Below the pieces are notes generated by a model. It was not told the DNA's origin. It ran no database searches and saw only the letters and a list, made by a program, of their open reading frames with translations. A stretch of 62,544 bases of DNA, filler included, from Candidatus Zapsychrus exili (GTDB lineage Bacteria; Omnitrophota; Gorgyraeia; Zapsychrales; Zapsychraceae): the NCBI GenBank assembly GCA_030765585.1. It is 5 parts of 5 records of this genome, joined end to end, with 100 filler letters (N's around TTAATTAATTAA, not from the genome) between each part and the next. Parts side by side here need not be neighbours in the genome. Positions count along the whole stretch, not along the records: positions 36,010 to 52,793 come from JAVCCJ010000078.1; 4 more parts are not named here. The stretch is one strand, 5' to 3'. The translations under genes were made by a program, and so were the position numbers. Below are positions 39,444 through 49,315 of this stretch, one piece after another. How positions within the stretch are numbered: the first letter of the stretch is position 1; each line of letters starts with the position of its first letter.

Positions 39444-40448
39444 TTACTTTTTATTAAGAGCCATCACGACAACAAGACCTAAAACCATAAAAACAACTGC
39501 AAGAAGAAATTGGGGACTGTCCCCAGTTGCGGACTGTCCCCAAATATTAGGCAAGATATTATTTTGACTTATTATAATTATTTTTCCACTTCGTGACACA
39601 ATCGATTCTGTCACTTCTTTCCATGGCCAAATTTTAACCAATGACCCAACCACAATTCCTGCAATTGAGGCAATAGTTATGTCATGATATTTTTTAAAAA
39701 GAAAACTAAGCAGACGAACAAAAAGAATTATTCCAACTACCATGCCTAGCGAGAAGACTGCTAATACGACTAAATCTCTTTCATTGATAGCATTTAAAAT
39801 AAAGTGATACTTGCCTAAAATAACCAAGATAAATGACCCTGATATGCCTGGTAAAATCATAGTCGATATGGCAAGTGCGCCTGCTAAAAATATAAACCAA
39901 AGAGCATCGGGAGTTTGTGCGGGAGATAAAGAAACTATTGCAAGCATCACCCCAAGCGACACGATAAATGCAATCGTAGGGGCAACCCCCTGCGGTTGCC
40001 CATTATTATTTGGGCAGGCGTGGGAGCCTGCCCCCCCTACGTTAATAATCATTGGTACAGTTGCTAAAATCAATCCAAAGAAAAACGAATTAACTAAAAC
40101 AGGATAGCTTTCTAGCGACCAAATCATCGCACGGGATAAACTTATTATTGCAAAAAAAGCACCCAGCAAAATAGGGAATAAGAATTTTAGATTAATATGT
40201 TTAGAGGCAAATTTGAAACGATTTATCGTAGGGGCAACCCCATGCGGTTGCCCATTATTATTTGGGCAGGCGTGGGAGCCTGCCCCTACAAATAATATTT
40301 TTATCAATTTTAAATCAAACGCCTTGATTGATGTAATAAGCTCTTCATAAATTCCAAAAATGAACGCAAGCGTTCCACCCGATACACCAGGAATTATGTT
40401 TGCAATGCCAATTGCAATGCCTTTTAAGAAGAGTTTTATAAAATTCAT
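39444..40448 (-). CDS. DUF368 family membrane protein (PopT-like undecaprenyl phosphate translocase) with in-frame repeat insertions
   Basis: IPGVSGGT, FFFGLI, MILPGISGS and GSL.KIWPW. Start moved to ATG 40448. Confidence 0.92.
   Translation of the reverse strand: MNFIKLFLKGIAIGIANIIPGVSGGTLAFIFGIYEELITSIKAFDLKLIKILFVGAGSHACPNNNGQPHGVAPTINRFKFASKHINLKFLFPILLGAFFAIISLSRAMIWSLESYPVLVNSFFFGLILATVPMIINVGGAGSHACPNNNGQPQGVAPTIAFIVSLGVMLAIVSLSPAQTPDALWFIFLAGALAISTMILPGISGSFILVILGKYHFILNAINERDLVVLAVFSLGMVVGIILFVRLLSFLFKKYHDITIASIAGIVVGSLVKIWPWKEVTESIVSRSGKIIIISQNNILPNIWGQSATGDSPQFLLAVVFMVLGLVVVMALNKK
39976..40040. repeat. GTAG-type REP dimer (REPIN) inside DUF368, copy 2
   Basis: GTAGGGGCAACCCCCTGCGGTTGCCC...GGGCAGGCGTGGGAGCCTGCCCCCCCTAC. 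Confidence 0.92.
40228..40289. repeat. GTAG-type REP dimer (REPIN) inside DUF368, copy 1
   Basis: GTAGGGGCAACCCCATGCGGTTGCCC...GGGCAGGCGTGGGAGCCTGCCCCTAC. Confidence 0.92.
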
Positions 40449-40468
40449 ACTATAGAAAGTGTTAATTA

Positions 40469-41052
40469 TTGTTCCTGTGTGGCAGGAACCGACCACTTCC
40501 TTTTCTTTAAAGAAAAGGAAGCAAAAGAATTTGCTCTATCGAAACTCTTAACGGATTTCTTGATATATGAAAACACGGCAAAATAAACTCGTCTCGCCAT
40601 TTTCTAGTGGTGTCTGGCACCACGAAATAGCTCATCTCAAACAAAATTTTGCCTAGTGTGTTTTCGTAGAAAATCCTTGAGCTTCTCAACGAGCTTTAAA
40701 AAACATTAATTGTTGAGAATTTTCGCTTATCTAAATAATAAAGTAGCGAAGCTTACAACGAGCGAAAAACAACAACAACATAAAATTGTACAATGGCTAC
40801 TAAACAGCAAAAAAACAAAAACAACGGCAGTAAAGTTTTTAAAGGCCGTTAGAAAATTTTAATATGATTTGTACATCAAGCAAGCAGATACCATATCAGC
40901 ATTACTGTTTGAAGCCTCGCTTTAATGCGAGACGAGTTTAATGCGGCGTTAAGCGAGATGTATGAATTTTACTTTAAAATTTTCTTAGGCAAAGTTTTTT
41001 GCCTACTTTTTTTAAAAAAAGTAGGTGGTGCGTCCCTACCACATAGGGACAA
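40469..41052. mobile_element. ~580-bp non-coding palindromic MITE-like element
   Basis: Imperfect ~65-bp terminal inverted repeats (40469-40534 and 40989-41052), internal arms AAACTCGTCTCGC/GCGAGACGAGTTT, and an isolated end copy at 44888-44987. Confidence 0.65.
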
Positions 41053-41071
41053 AGTAAAGTGCTTGGCGCTT

Positions 41072-42349
41072 CTAATTATATTTCCTCTGAACTTCTTCTA
41101 TTTCTTTTTCTAAATCATCTAATGCATCACTTGTCTTATCAAGCGATTTATCTTTTTCAAAAAGCCTTTTTCGTACAAATGAAAGTTGCTCTTCAAGAAT
41201 CTTGATATTGACTATTTTCTCTTTTATACCCTTGCTGACATCACCCAGCTTTCCTTTATATATTTGTAAAATACCATTAAGCTCTATCAGTTTATCATCT
41301 TTAGACGATAAAATAAGCGCCAACTCTTCTCTTTGTTCAACTACTCTTTTCTTTAAAAGTTCCAAATCTTCTCTCGTGCTAGATATCTTTTTATCTTTAT
41401 CTTTCATTATTTTCTGACCTAATTCAAAACGTGACTCTAGCTCTTGTAATCTACCATTAAGCAAACTTATCTGTTCCATTCTTTCTCTTAATCGCATTTC
41501 TTTTTCTGTAAGTCGAAGAGCTGTATCCATCAAACTGCGTGCTAACTTCTCAACTCTTTTTTCCTTTAAGAAAACTTCCGACTTTAAATTATCCATATGC
41601 TCTCTTACAAGAGAGAATTGCCTTCTATATACATCAGTCATATCTTCTTTTTTCTTTATTGCCGCCCTTTGATATGCTGATAATTGTGCTTTGTTTAAAA
41701 AAGCCTCCCTTACCCTTCCTTTTTCTTGAATTTTCTTAAGCGCTACATTTTGTTCTTTTAAATAATCTAACTCTACGCTCAAATCATTTTTTTCTTGTCT
41801 TAAAATATCATTTAATATTACCAACGTATCTTTATTGTACAAAAATTCTGACTGCCATCTATAGCTTGGCTTAGATGACGAACTTATCGTCTGCATTTTT
41901 ATCTTAAGCATATTTTCTTTAATGTCATCGCTCTTATAACCAAGAGAAACCAGACGTCTCTTTAATTCTCTATTTTTGTTTGCATAATATCCGACCTTTT
42001 TTAATAAATTATCTGTCATAGAAAAAAGATCTTCTAAGAGAAAAAGTGTCGCTTTTGTATTTGCTTTAATATTTTTTGTATGAGCTATGTTAGATAGGGC
42101 GATTTGAGCGCTTTTAGAATAAAGATCGAGCAAAAGAGCCTGACTAAAACTAGATATAGCAGCCTCTGTATCTCCTTTTAATACCATATCTTCTGCGTGC
42201 TGAATTAAAGATTCAACAATGCTGCTGGTATCTTGATCTTCTTTGCTTTCTTCCATTTTAAAAGTAGGAAGATCCAGCATTTTAGAAAATGCAGGGTTAG
42301 TGAACAATAGAATAGTTAATAATATTGCGAATGTTTTTGTGAATTTCAT
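41072..42349 (-). CDS. Secreted coiled-coil protein with a TPR-like N-terminal segment
   Basis: Signal peptide, A...FSQALLLD helix pair and a long heptad region. Confidence 0.75.
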   Translation of the reverse strand: MKFTKTFAILLTILLFTNPAFSKMLDLPTFKMEESKEDQDTSSIVESLIQHAEDMVLKGDTEAAISSFSQALLLDLYSKSAQIALSNIAHTKNIKANTKATLFLLEDLFSMTDNLLKKVGYYANKNRELKRRLVSLGYKSDDIKENMLKIKMQTISSSSKPSYRWQSEFLYNKDTLVILNDILRQEKNDLSVELDYLKEQNVALKKIQEKGRVREAFLNKAQLSAYQRAAIKKKEDMTDVYRRQFSLVREHMDNLKSEVFLKEKRVEKLARSLMDTALRLTEKEMRLRERMEQISLLNGRLQELESRFELGQKIMKDKDKKISSTREDLELLKKRVVEQREELALILSSKDDKLIELNGILQIYKGKLGDVSKGIKEKIVNIKILEEQLSFVRKRLFEKDKSLDKTSDALDDLEKEIEEVQRKYN

Positions 42350-42528
42350 TTTTTAAAAGTATTAGGAGTTAAATATCGAATGTTGTGTAAGCTATGCCAC
42401 AAGCATATCATTTTGATTTGATAATTACAATATTGAATTATATTAAATGCGCTATTTTGTAAAAACGTGTCCTGTTCCTTTTGCCCTTTGCCTTTTACCC
42501 TACCCCTTACACCCAGCGTGGTGAGGGG

Positions 42529-42906
42529 TTACTCTATAACTGCTATATTTCTTTCAATTGAATCAAGTAATTCATTTAGCGTGCTAGGTTTTGCAACAAA
42601 AGGATATCCGCCAATATTGCTGTTTAATACATCCGCTTCACTCTTTCTGATAGTTGCAGTAAGAAAAACAATTGGAACGTCTTTTAACACATCATTATTT
42701 TTAAGAGCAATTGCAACATCAGGACCTTCCATATTAGGCATTATGATATCTAAAAGAATAAGTTGCGGCCTATGTTCAAGCGCTGCATATATGGCCTTTC
42801 GAGGGTCGTCTTCAACCCGTACATCATATTTGCCCGTCGCTTCAAGATTCAACTTAAGCATAGAAGCAAATCCCTTTTCATCATAAATAATTAAAATTCT
42901 TTTCAT
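42529..42906 (-). CDS. Single-domain response regulator
   Basis: LILLDIIMPNMEG, FLTA and KP. Confidence 0.92.
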   Translation of the reverse strand: MKRILIIYDEKGFASMLKLNLEATGKYDVRVEDDPRKAIYAALEHRPQLILLDIIMPNMEGPDVAIALKNNDVLKDVPIVFLTATIRKSEADVLNSNIGGYPFVAKPSTLNELLDSIERNIAVIE

Positions 42907-42919
42907 ATCTGCACCTCCG

Positions 42920-44113
42920 TTACTGTATCTTAAAAATTATTCTTGCCTTTGCGCCGCCTTCTTTGTTATTTACCAAGCATATATCTCCGTCATGTGTTTC
43001 CATTATGTTTTTACATACAAATAACCCTAATCCTATTCCACCAAATTCTCTCTTTGTTGAATAAAATGGATTAAATACTTTATCTAATACATCCTCCTCC
43101 ACGCCAATGCCTTCATCATCCACCTCCAATGCTACCGCCTTGCCTTCGCATTTAAAGGTTAAATTTCTCTGCTTACAACTATCAACATTTTCGCACTCAC
43201 AAACAAATGTTTTTAATTTAATCTCAGAACCCGAAGAACTTGCCTGAGCTGCATTTAATATCAAATTAACCAAAACCTGTTCTATTCTATTTATATCAAT
43301 TAATACCAAAGGAAGATCTTTGCCCAAATCTTCTACTACGACTACATGACTTTCATTAAGTTTGTGTTGCGTTAAAGACAAGGCTTTTTTGACTACCTCA
43401 TTTAAAGCTGCAGGTTGCCTGTCTAACTCGTGAAGTGTAGAAAAATCAAGCAAATCCGTAATAATGTCGCTTGCACGTGTAGCTCCTGTTTGAATATTCT
43501 CCAAAACATCTTTTACTTTTTTATCATCACTTTTTAAATTATTAACCAGATAACTTGTTCCATAAAGAACTATCGAGAGAGGATTTTTAACTTCATGCGC
43601 AACGCCGCTTGCCAAATCACCTACCAATTTCATTTTCTCTGCCTGTATAAGCTGTGTCTGTGTTTCTCTCATTTGCTCTTGAGTTTGAACTAGCTCGACT
43701 TCAAGCTTTTTTCTTTCAACCGCATAATGCAGCGTTTTATTTAACACATAAGGTGTATATTTTCCTTTGACAAGAAAATCTTGTGCGCCAAATCCAAGAG
43801 TTTCTAACCCTGACTCTTCTTCATAGGCGCCTGTATTTACAACTATAGCTATATCGGGAAAGGCTTTGTTAAGGTTTCTTATCGTATCTTGATCTTTACT
43901 ATCTGGAAGATTTAAATCGAGGATAACAACATCAAATTGTTTGCTTTCAAGAGATTTGATAGCATCTTCTAGAGTCTCGACCGTTTTTGTATAAGACGCA
44001 TACTTCTGAAATGATGTAAGCGTTGATTCGAGTATCTTTTTGTCTAAAGAATTGTCTTCTACTATTAACACTCTTAAAGGTTCTGAAAATTTAGATTTTA
44101 TATCTTGTCGCAT
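42920..44113 (-). CDS. Hybrid REC-histidine kinase
   Basis: VEDN...LDLNLPD, AHEVKNPL, NLILNA, DEG.G and GIGLGL. Confidence 0.94.
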   Translation of the reverse strand: MRQDIKSKFSEPLRVLIVEDNSLDKKILESTLTSFQKYASYTKTVETLEDAIKSLESKQFDVVILDLNLPDSKDQDTIRNLNKAFPDIAIVVNTGAYEEESGLETLGFGAQDFLVKGKYTPYVLNKTLHYAVERKKLEVELVQTQEQMRETQTQLIQAEKMKLVGDLASGVAHEVKNPLSIVLYGTSYLVNNLKSDDKKVKDVLENIQTGATRASDIITDLLDFSTLHELDRQPAALNEVVKKALSLTQHKLNESHVVVVEDLGKDLPLVLIDINRIEQVLVNLILNAAQASSSGSEIKLKTFVCECENVDSCKQRNLTFKCEGKAVALEVDDEGIGVEEDVLDKVFNPFYSTKREFGGIGLGLFVCKNIMETHDGDICLVNNKEGGAKARIIFKIQ

Positions 44114-44478
44114 ATGAACATCCTTCTTGCTCCAAAGAATCTCAGCTTTTCTAGCTTCAAACGGTAACCGAGCTTACTTTAGGAACCATGATTATATACC
44201 TTCTTTAATAAAATTCGAAATCCTAAATCCGAAATACTAAACAAATCCTAAATTCAAATAATAAATATTTAAACCTTTAAAATTCCGATATTTGTGTTTC
44301 GGGTTTTTAAAAAATAACCACGCACTTCGCTTTTAAACGATATCCGTGGCTTTTAGATTGATAATAAGTAACGGTATTCATAACAAAAGCACTGTTTACG
44401 CTCCCTGTTGACCCCCCCCCACTAATTATATATTTATATTAAGAATACTATATATAATAAAGTATGTCAACCTAACGC

Positions 44479-44874
44479 CTACTCGTGATACGATAATCTT
44501 ATTTTTTCTGCTGTTTTTGCTAAATCTTCACTAGACATTTCTTTAGCATTTGCAAAATTAAGGTCGCTTATGGCGTTCATTGGGATAAGGTGAATGTGTG
44601 TATGGGGCACTTCTAGTCCTGCAACCATAACACCTACTCTCGTGCAGGGAACCTGTTTCTTTATAGCAATAGCAACTTCTTTTGCAAAGACCATTAAACC
44701 TGCTAACAAATCATCGCCACAATCAAAAATATAATCAATTTCTTTCTTAGGAATAACAAGAGTATGACCTGCATTAATAGGCTTGATATCCAAAAATGCC
44801 AGATAATCGTCGTTTTCTGCTATTTTATGAGCAGGAATCTCGCCGTTTATTATTTTTGTGAACAGACTAGTCAT
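44479..44874 (-). CDS. HIT family nucleotide hydrolase
   Basis: FTKII.GEIP, GHTLVIPK and HTHIHL. Confidence 0.95.
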   Translation of the reverse strand: MTSLFTKIINGEIPAHKIAENDDYLAFLDIKPINAGHTLVIPKKEIDYIFDCGDDLLAGLMVFAKEVAIAIKKQVPCTRVGVMVAGLEVPHTHIHLIPMNAISDLNFANAKEMSSEDLAKTAEKIRLSYHE

Positions 44875-45023
44875 AGTACCTTTATTAAAGCGCCAAGCGC
44901 TTACAATTGTTCCTGTTTGACCCGTAAAGTCCCGTTGGGACCACGTCCCTTTACGGGTAGGAACCGACCACCTACTTTTTTAAGAAACTTAATCATAATA
45001 TTATTATTTATATTTGATTCATT

Positions 45024-45141
45024 GTGGCGGGTTTGTAGCCCACCCAATTATAAAATCATTGATAAAAAAAATAATCACAATAACAAATACGATAAATCGA
45101 AATTTTGTTCTTATTCGGGTGGGTTACAAACCCTCCCCTAC
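45024..45141. repeat. Intergenic GTAG-type REP pair, one arm degenerate
   Basis: Minus strand GTAGGGGAGGGTTTGTAACCCACCCG (45116-45141) faces GTGGCGGGTTTGTAGCCCACCCA (45024-45046). Confidence 0.75.
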
Positions 45142-45167
45142 GTAAATCTTTTGATAAAAATCTTACT

Positions 45168-47639
45168 TTATTTACACTCAATTCCCCAAATATCGTGAGA
45201 GTATTCTCTAATTGTTCTATCAGATGAAAATTTTCCAGACCTTGCAACATTTGCTATCGAACGCCTTGCCCAGTCATGTTTATCCTGAAACTTAAGCGAC
45301 GCTATATCTTGCATAGCACAATACGAATCAAAATCAGCACAAACTAAATAATTATCTTTATGGAAAATTGATTCTAAAATAGATCTGAATATACCTTTTT
45401 CGTCTTTAGAAAAGAAATCTGACTTTATCATTTTGTATATTTCTTTAAGTTCGGCAGACTTATCGATATATTCACTAGGATTATATCCGCTAGACTTAAG
45501 GTCTTGCACTTCATTATCTTTTAATCCAAATATAAAAATCTCATCAAAACCCAGAAGCTCTGCCATTTCAACGTTGGCTCCATCCAATGTTCCAACAGTA
45601 AGAGCACCATTTAACATGAACTTCATATTTCCTGTGCCCGATGCTTCTGTTCCTGCTGTTGATATTTGTTCTGATAAATCACTTGCAGGAAACATCTTTT
45701 CAGCTAATGATACTCTATAATTTTCCATAAAAAGAACTTTCAACTTTCCATCAGTATCTTTATCTTTGTTTATAGTAGCTGCGATGTTATTTATAAACTT
45801 AATAATAAGTTTTGCCATTGCATATCCAGGAGCCGATTTACCTCCTATTAAACATGTTCTTGGTTGAATAAATTTACCTGGATCACTTTTGATCTTTAGA
45901 TATTCTCTGATAATATACAAAGCAAATAGCATCTGTCTTTTATATTCATGTATACGCTTAATTTGAACATCAAACATAGAATTTGGATCAACCAATAAAC
46001 CGCTAGTCTCTTTAATATAATTCGCAAGGTAAATTTTGTTATCAAACTTTACCTGATTCCAACTATCTTTAAATTGACTATCATCCTTATAATCTAGCAG
46101 CTTTCCAAGTTCATCTCGGTTTGTTATCCAACCATCACCTATACGAGAAGTAATAAGACTAGACAATAGTGGATTAGATTTAAGAAGCCATCTTCTCTGA
46201 GTTATACCATTTGTTTTATTGTTTATTTTGCCTGGATAAAATTCATCAAAATCCTTAAATAATCTGGATTTGATAAGCTCGGTGTGTAGGGCAGAAACTC
46301 CATTTACAGAAAAACTTCCCACCACAGAAAGACTTGCCATTCTAACAAAATTTTCTTCACCTTCTCCTATTATAGACATTCTCTTTAAGCGATCTTTGTC
46401 TTTTGGAAACTTTTCTTTTACTCTATCTAAAAACCAATTATTAATTTCATATATAAGCTCAAGATGTCTCGGTAAAACCTTACCTAAAAGCTCAATAGAC
46501 CAGCATTCAAGCGCCTCTGGCATAAGGGTGTGATTAGTATAAGCAAATAATTTCTGAGTTATTTTCCACGCCTTTTCCCATTTAATATCAAAATCATCTA
46601 TTAAAACTCGCATCATCTCGATAATACCTAAGGAAGGATGAGTATCATTAAGCTGCATTACAGCCTTTTTAGGAAGATCTGCAAAATCTAAATTATCCGC
46701 CCTAAATCTACGAATAATATCTGCAATTGATGCTGCCGTAAAAAAGTATTCTTGTTTTAACCTGAGTTCGCGACCAGCGTTCTGAGAATCATTTGGGTAG
46801 AGTACCTTTGAAATATTTTCTGAAAATATTTTCTGATAAACAGCTTGCTCGTAATCTCCATGGTTAAAATACTCAAGATCAAATTCTTCCGTACTTCGTG
46901 CCGACCAAAGTCTCAAAGTATTTACAACATCATTCTTGTATCCTGGTATAGGAACATCATAAGGAACCGCTAAAACCTTTTCAGTATCTAGCCAAGTTGA
47001 TCTTGTTTTATTGTATTTATCTTTCTTTTTATCAATCTTACCGTAAAAATTAATTGTCACGGTGTATTCTGGTCTTGGAAATTCCCAAGGACAACCTAGT
47101 CTAAGCCACTCATCAGGAAGTTCTATTTGATAACCATTTACAATTTTTTGTTTAAATATTCCATAATCATAACGAATGCCATATCCGTGTGCTGGAATTT
47201 CTAAAGTCGCCATTGAATCTAAGAAACATGCAGCTAGTCTTCCTAAACCACCATTTCCAAGACCTGCATCAAGCTCTTGCTCTCTTAAGTCTTCTAAACT
47301 ATGACCGAGCTCGCTTAACGCATCAGGAAGAACATCTTGTAATCCTAAATTGTATACATAATTACCCAACAAACGACCTATCAAAAATTCCATCGAAAGA
47401 TAATAAGCGCGTTTCACATTTGTCTTATGATAGGTTTGTTGAGTCTTTATCCATCTCTCTACTATTCTATCTCGTACTGTTATGGCAAGAGCTAAATACT
47501 TATCATAATCTGTTGAAGAATATTTATCTTTTGCTAAAGGATAAAGTAAATTGTGTTTAAAAGAATTTTTTAAATCTTCAATCGCAAATCCTTTATGGAA
47601 ATCTCCAATAGAAGAACTATCGTCTTTTGGTCTTATCAT
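45168..47639 (-). CDS. glgP: Glycogen/alpha-glucan phosphorylase
   Basis: LGNGGLGRLAACFLDS, QLNDTHP, KRIHEYKRQ and EASGTGNMKF. Confidence 0.98.
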   Translation of the reverse strand: MIRPKDDSSSIGDFHKGFAIEDLKNSFKHNLLYPLAKDKYSSTDYDKYLALAITVRDRIVERWIKTQQTYHKTNVKRAYYLSMEFLIGRLLGNYVYNLGLQDVLPDALSELGHSLEDLREQELDAGLGNGGLGRLAACFLDSMATLEIPAHGYGIRYDYGIFKQKIVNGYQIELPDEWLRLGCPWEFPRPEYTVTINFYGKIDKKKDKYNKTRSTWLDTEKVLAVPYDVPIPGYKNDVVNTLRLWSARSTEEFDLEYFNHGDYEQAVYQKIFSENISKVLYPNDSQNAGRELRLKQEYFFTAASIADIIRRFRADNLDFADLPKKAVMQLNDTHPSLGIIEMMRVLIDDFDIKWEKAWKITQKLFAYTNHTLMPEALECWSIELLGKVLPRHLELIYEINNWFLDRVKEKFPKDKDRLKRMSIIGEGEENFVRMASLSVVGSFSVNGVSALHTELIKSRLFKDFDEFYPGKINNKTNGITQRRWLLKSNPLLSSLITSRIGDGWITNRDELGKLLDYKDDSQFKDSWNQVKFDNKIYLANYIKETSGLLVDPNSMFDVQIKRIHEYKRQMLFALYIIREYLKIKSDPGKFIQPRTCLIGGKSAPGYAMAKLIIKFINNIAATINKDKDTDGKLKVLFMENYRVSLAEKMFPASDLSEQISTAGTEASGTGNMKFMLNGALTVGTLDGANVEMAELLGFDEIFIFGLKDNEVQDLKSSGYNPSEYIDKSAELKEIYKMIKSDFFSKDEKGIFRSILESIFHKDNYLVCADFDSYCAMQDIASLKFQDKHDWARRSIANVARSGKFSSDRTIREYSHDIWGIECK

Positions 47640-47896
47640 TTAATGCCCCTAAATATATGGTTAGTTGTACGATCTACTTATCGCTTGTACGACCATATTA
47701 TACCTAATAAGTTAAAAGGATAAAGGTAAAAGTGAAAAAACTTAGAACGTTTTACCTTGCTCCTGCCCTGCTTCGCCGTAGCGAAATCCGTAAGGCTTCG
47801 CAGAGGCGAGTGTGGCAGCCTGCCTACCGTGTAATTCTTCTACTATTTTGGTAACAAATTAGTAGAAGAAACGATTGATTTCAAAAAGAAATTTTT

Positions 47897-47999
47897 CCTC
47901 TCCCCTTTGGGGAGAGGGTTAGGGTGAGGGGCTTTTATTCTTACCCCTCATCTCTGTCTTCCTAAAGAAAGACAGGCCTTCTCCCCATAGGGGAGAAGG
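47897..47999. repeat. BoxC-like CCTCTCCCC..GGGGAGAGGG palindromic pair
   Basis: CCTCTCCCCTTTGGGGAGAGGGTTAGGGTGAGGGG followed by the inverted CCCCTCATC...CCTTCTCCCCATAGGGGAGAAGG. Confidence 0.75.
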
Positions 48000-48289
48000 A
48001 AAAAAGAATTGTTAAATAATTTTAAAAAATCTTCAACGGCGTTTAACATCCAAAACAACCAAAATAACAAAAAAGGTGTCATTCCTAAGCCTTACAAAGG
48101 CCGCAACAATAGACTAAAAAATAAAAACAACTCCTATCATTCCGACTTGCGAGCGTAAATGAATAATGCCGGAATTTCCTTATGAGATCCCGACAATCCC
48201 GACTTTTGCTTTTGAAAAAATGTCGGGATGTCGGGATATAATTCGCACTTATGGCTTACTCTCCTTTTAGTCGTGTAAGCCATGTGCTC

Positions 48290-49312
48290 TTAATACTTAA
48301 ATGCAATGCCGCGCCTCACACAATTCTTACAAATTTCAATAGCACCACGACCTTTTGTTTTATGAATGCGTCTCATCTCTTTAACTTTCTTTCCATTAAA
48401 AATATCCGCTATGCTAGAGGTACCTACCTTAAACTTTTCGTATCCATCTAAATTGCTCCAAATAACATAATCGCAACATGGCATAACATCTCCATCAAAA
48501 TTTACCGACAAAGTTTTGTACAGCCAATCGCAAGATATATTTATTGTTTGTGATCCTTTATTCTGAGGAGGCTCACCGCCTTCTAAACCTAAAGGGTTTC
48601 CTGGTCGTACGCTTAACATAACACCTTCGCTTTTGCAAAACTCTTGAACTTGCGGCAACTGATGTTTATTAAAATTATAGAGCATATAATCCACCATAAT
48701 AACAGCACCATAATTACCTTGCCTGTTTAGCTTAACAAAATTTGAAATATTTGCTTTTATGGTTTCAACATTTCCAAACCTAACTTCCCGACTATAAGTA
48801 TCTTGTGTAAAACCGCTTATTGCTACTTTTATAAAATCAATGCCCGAAGAAAGAAGTTTATGGCTATTACTTTCGGTTAATAAAATTCCGTTTGTTGCAA
48901 TCATTGAAGGCACATTGTTGTTTGTTGCAAAAGCAATTGCACGATATATATCTTTGTACATAAGCGGCTCGCCGTTTATGTACAAAGTTGCCATTAAAAT
49001 ATAGTCCTTAGCCTGACTTAAAATGTCTTCATACATTTTAATAGGCATTTGACCCTTTTCTATGGCACCTGAACCTCTTGGGTTTTGATCAAAAATAGCA
49101 CCTTTTCCATCTCGACAAAATAAACAATTTGCATTGCATTCATTGCCCAATTCAAAACTTATAAGAAGAGGAAATTTTGCAGAAGTTTCAAATCTAAAAG
49201 CGTACGCAAAGAAACAATAAAAAGCATTAAGCAGCTTCTTTATTGTTATCTTCCGCCTTTTTATAAGATTAAGAATTATTTTTGCACGAGCGATTATGTA
49301 GTAATTTTTCAT
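48290..49312 (-). CDS. Radical SAM/SPASM protein
   Basis: CNANCLFC, GEP, TNG and C-terminal C..L...DGDVMPCC...CKNC. Start moved to ATG 49312. Confidence 0.9.
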   Translation of the reverse strand: MKNYYIIARAKIILNLIKRRKITIKKLLNAFYCFFAYAFRFETSAKFPLLISFELGNECNANCLFCRDGKGAIFDQNPRGSGAIEKGQMPIKMYEDILSQAKDYILMATLYINGEPLMYKDIYRAIAFATNNNVPSMIATNGILLTESNSHKLLSSGIDFIKVAISGFTQDTYSREVRFGNVETIKANISNFVKLNRQGNYGAVIMVDYMLYNFNKHQLPQVQEFCKSEGVMLSVRPGNPLGLEGGEPPQNKGSQTINISCDWLYKTLSVNFDGDVMPCCDYVIWSNLDGYEKFKVGTSSIADIFNGKKVKEMRRIHKTKGRGAIEICKNCVRRGIAFKY

Positions 49313-49315
49313 ATC

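Noticed and set aside
38556..40289. CRISPR array
   Set aside because: The repeats are palindromic dimers in two copies each with no regular spacers, and there are no cas genes.
40507..41113. ORFs 40507..40689 and 40925..41113
   Set aside because: Chance ORFs within the palindromic element.
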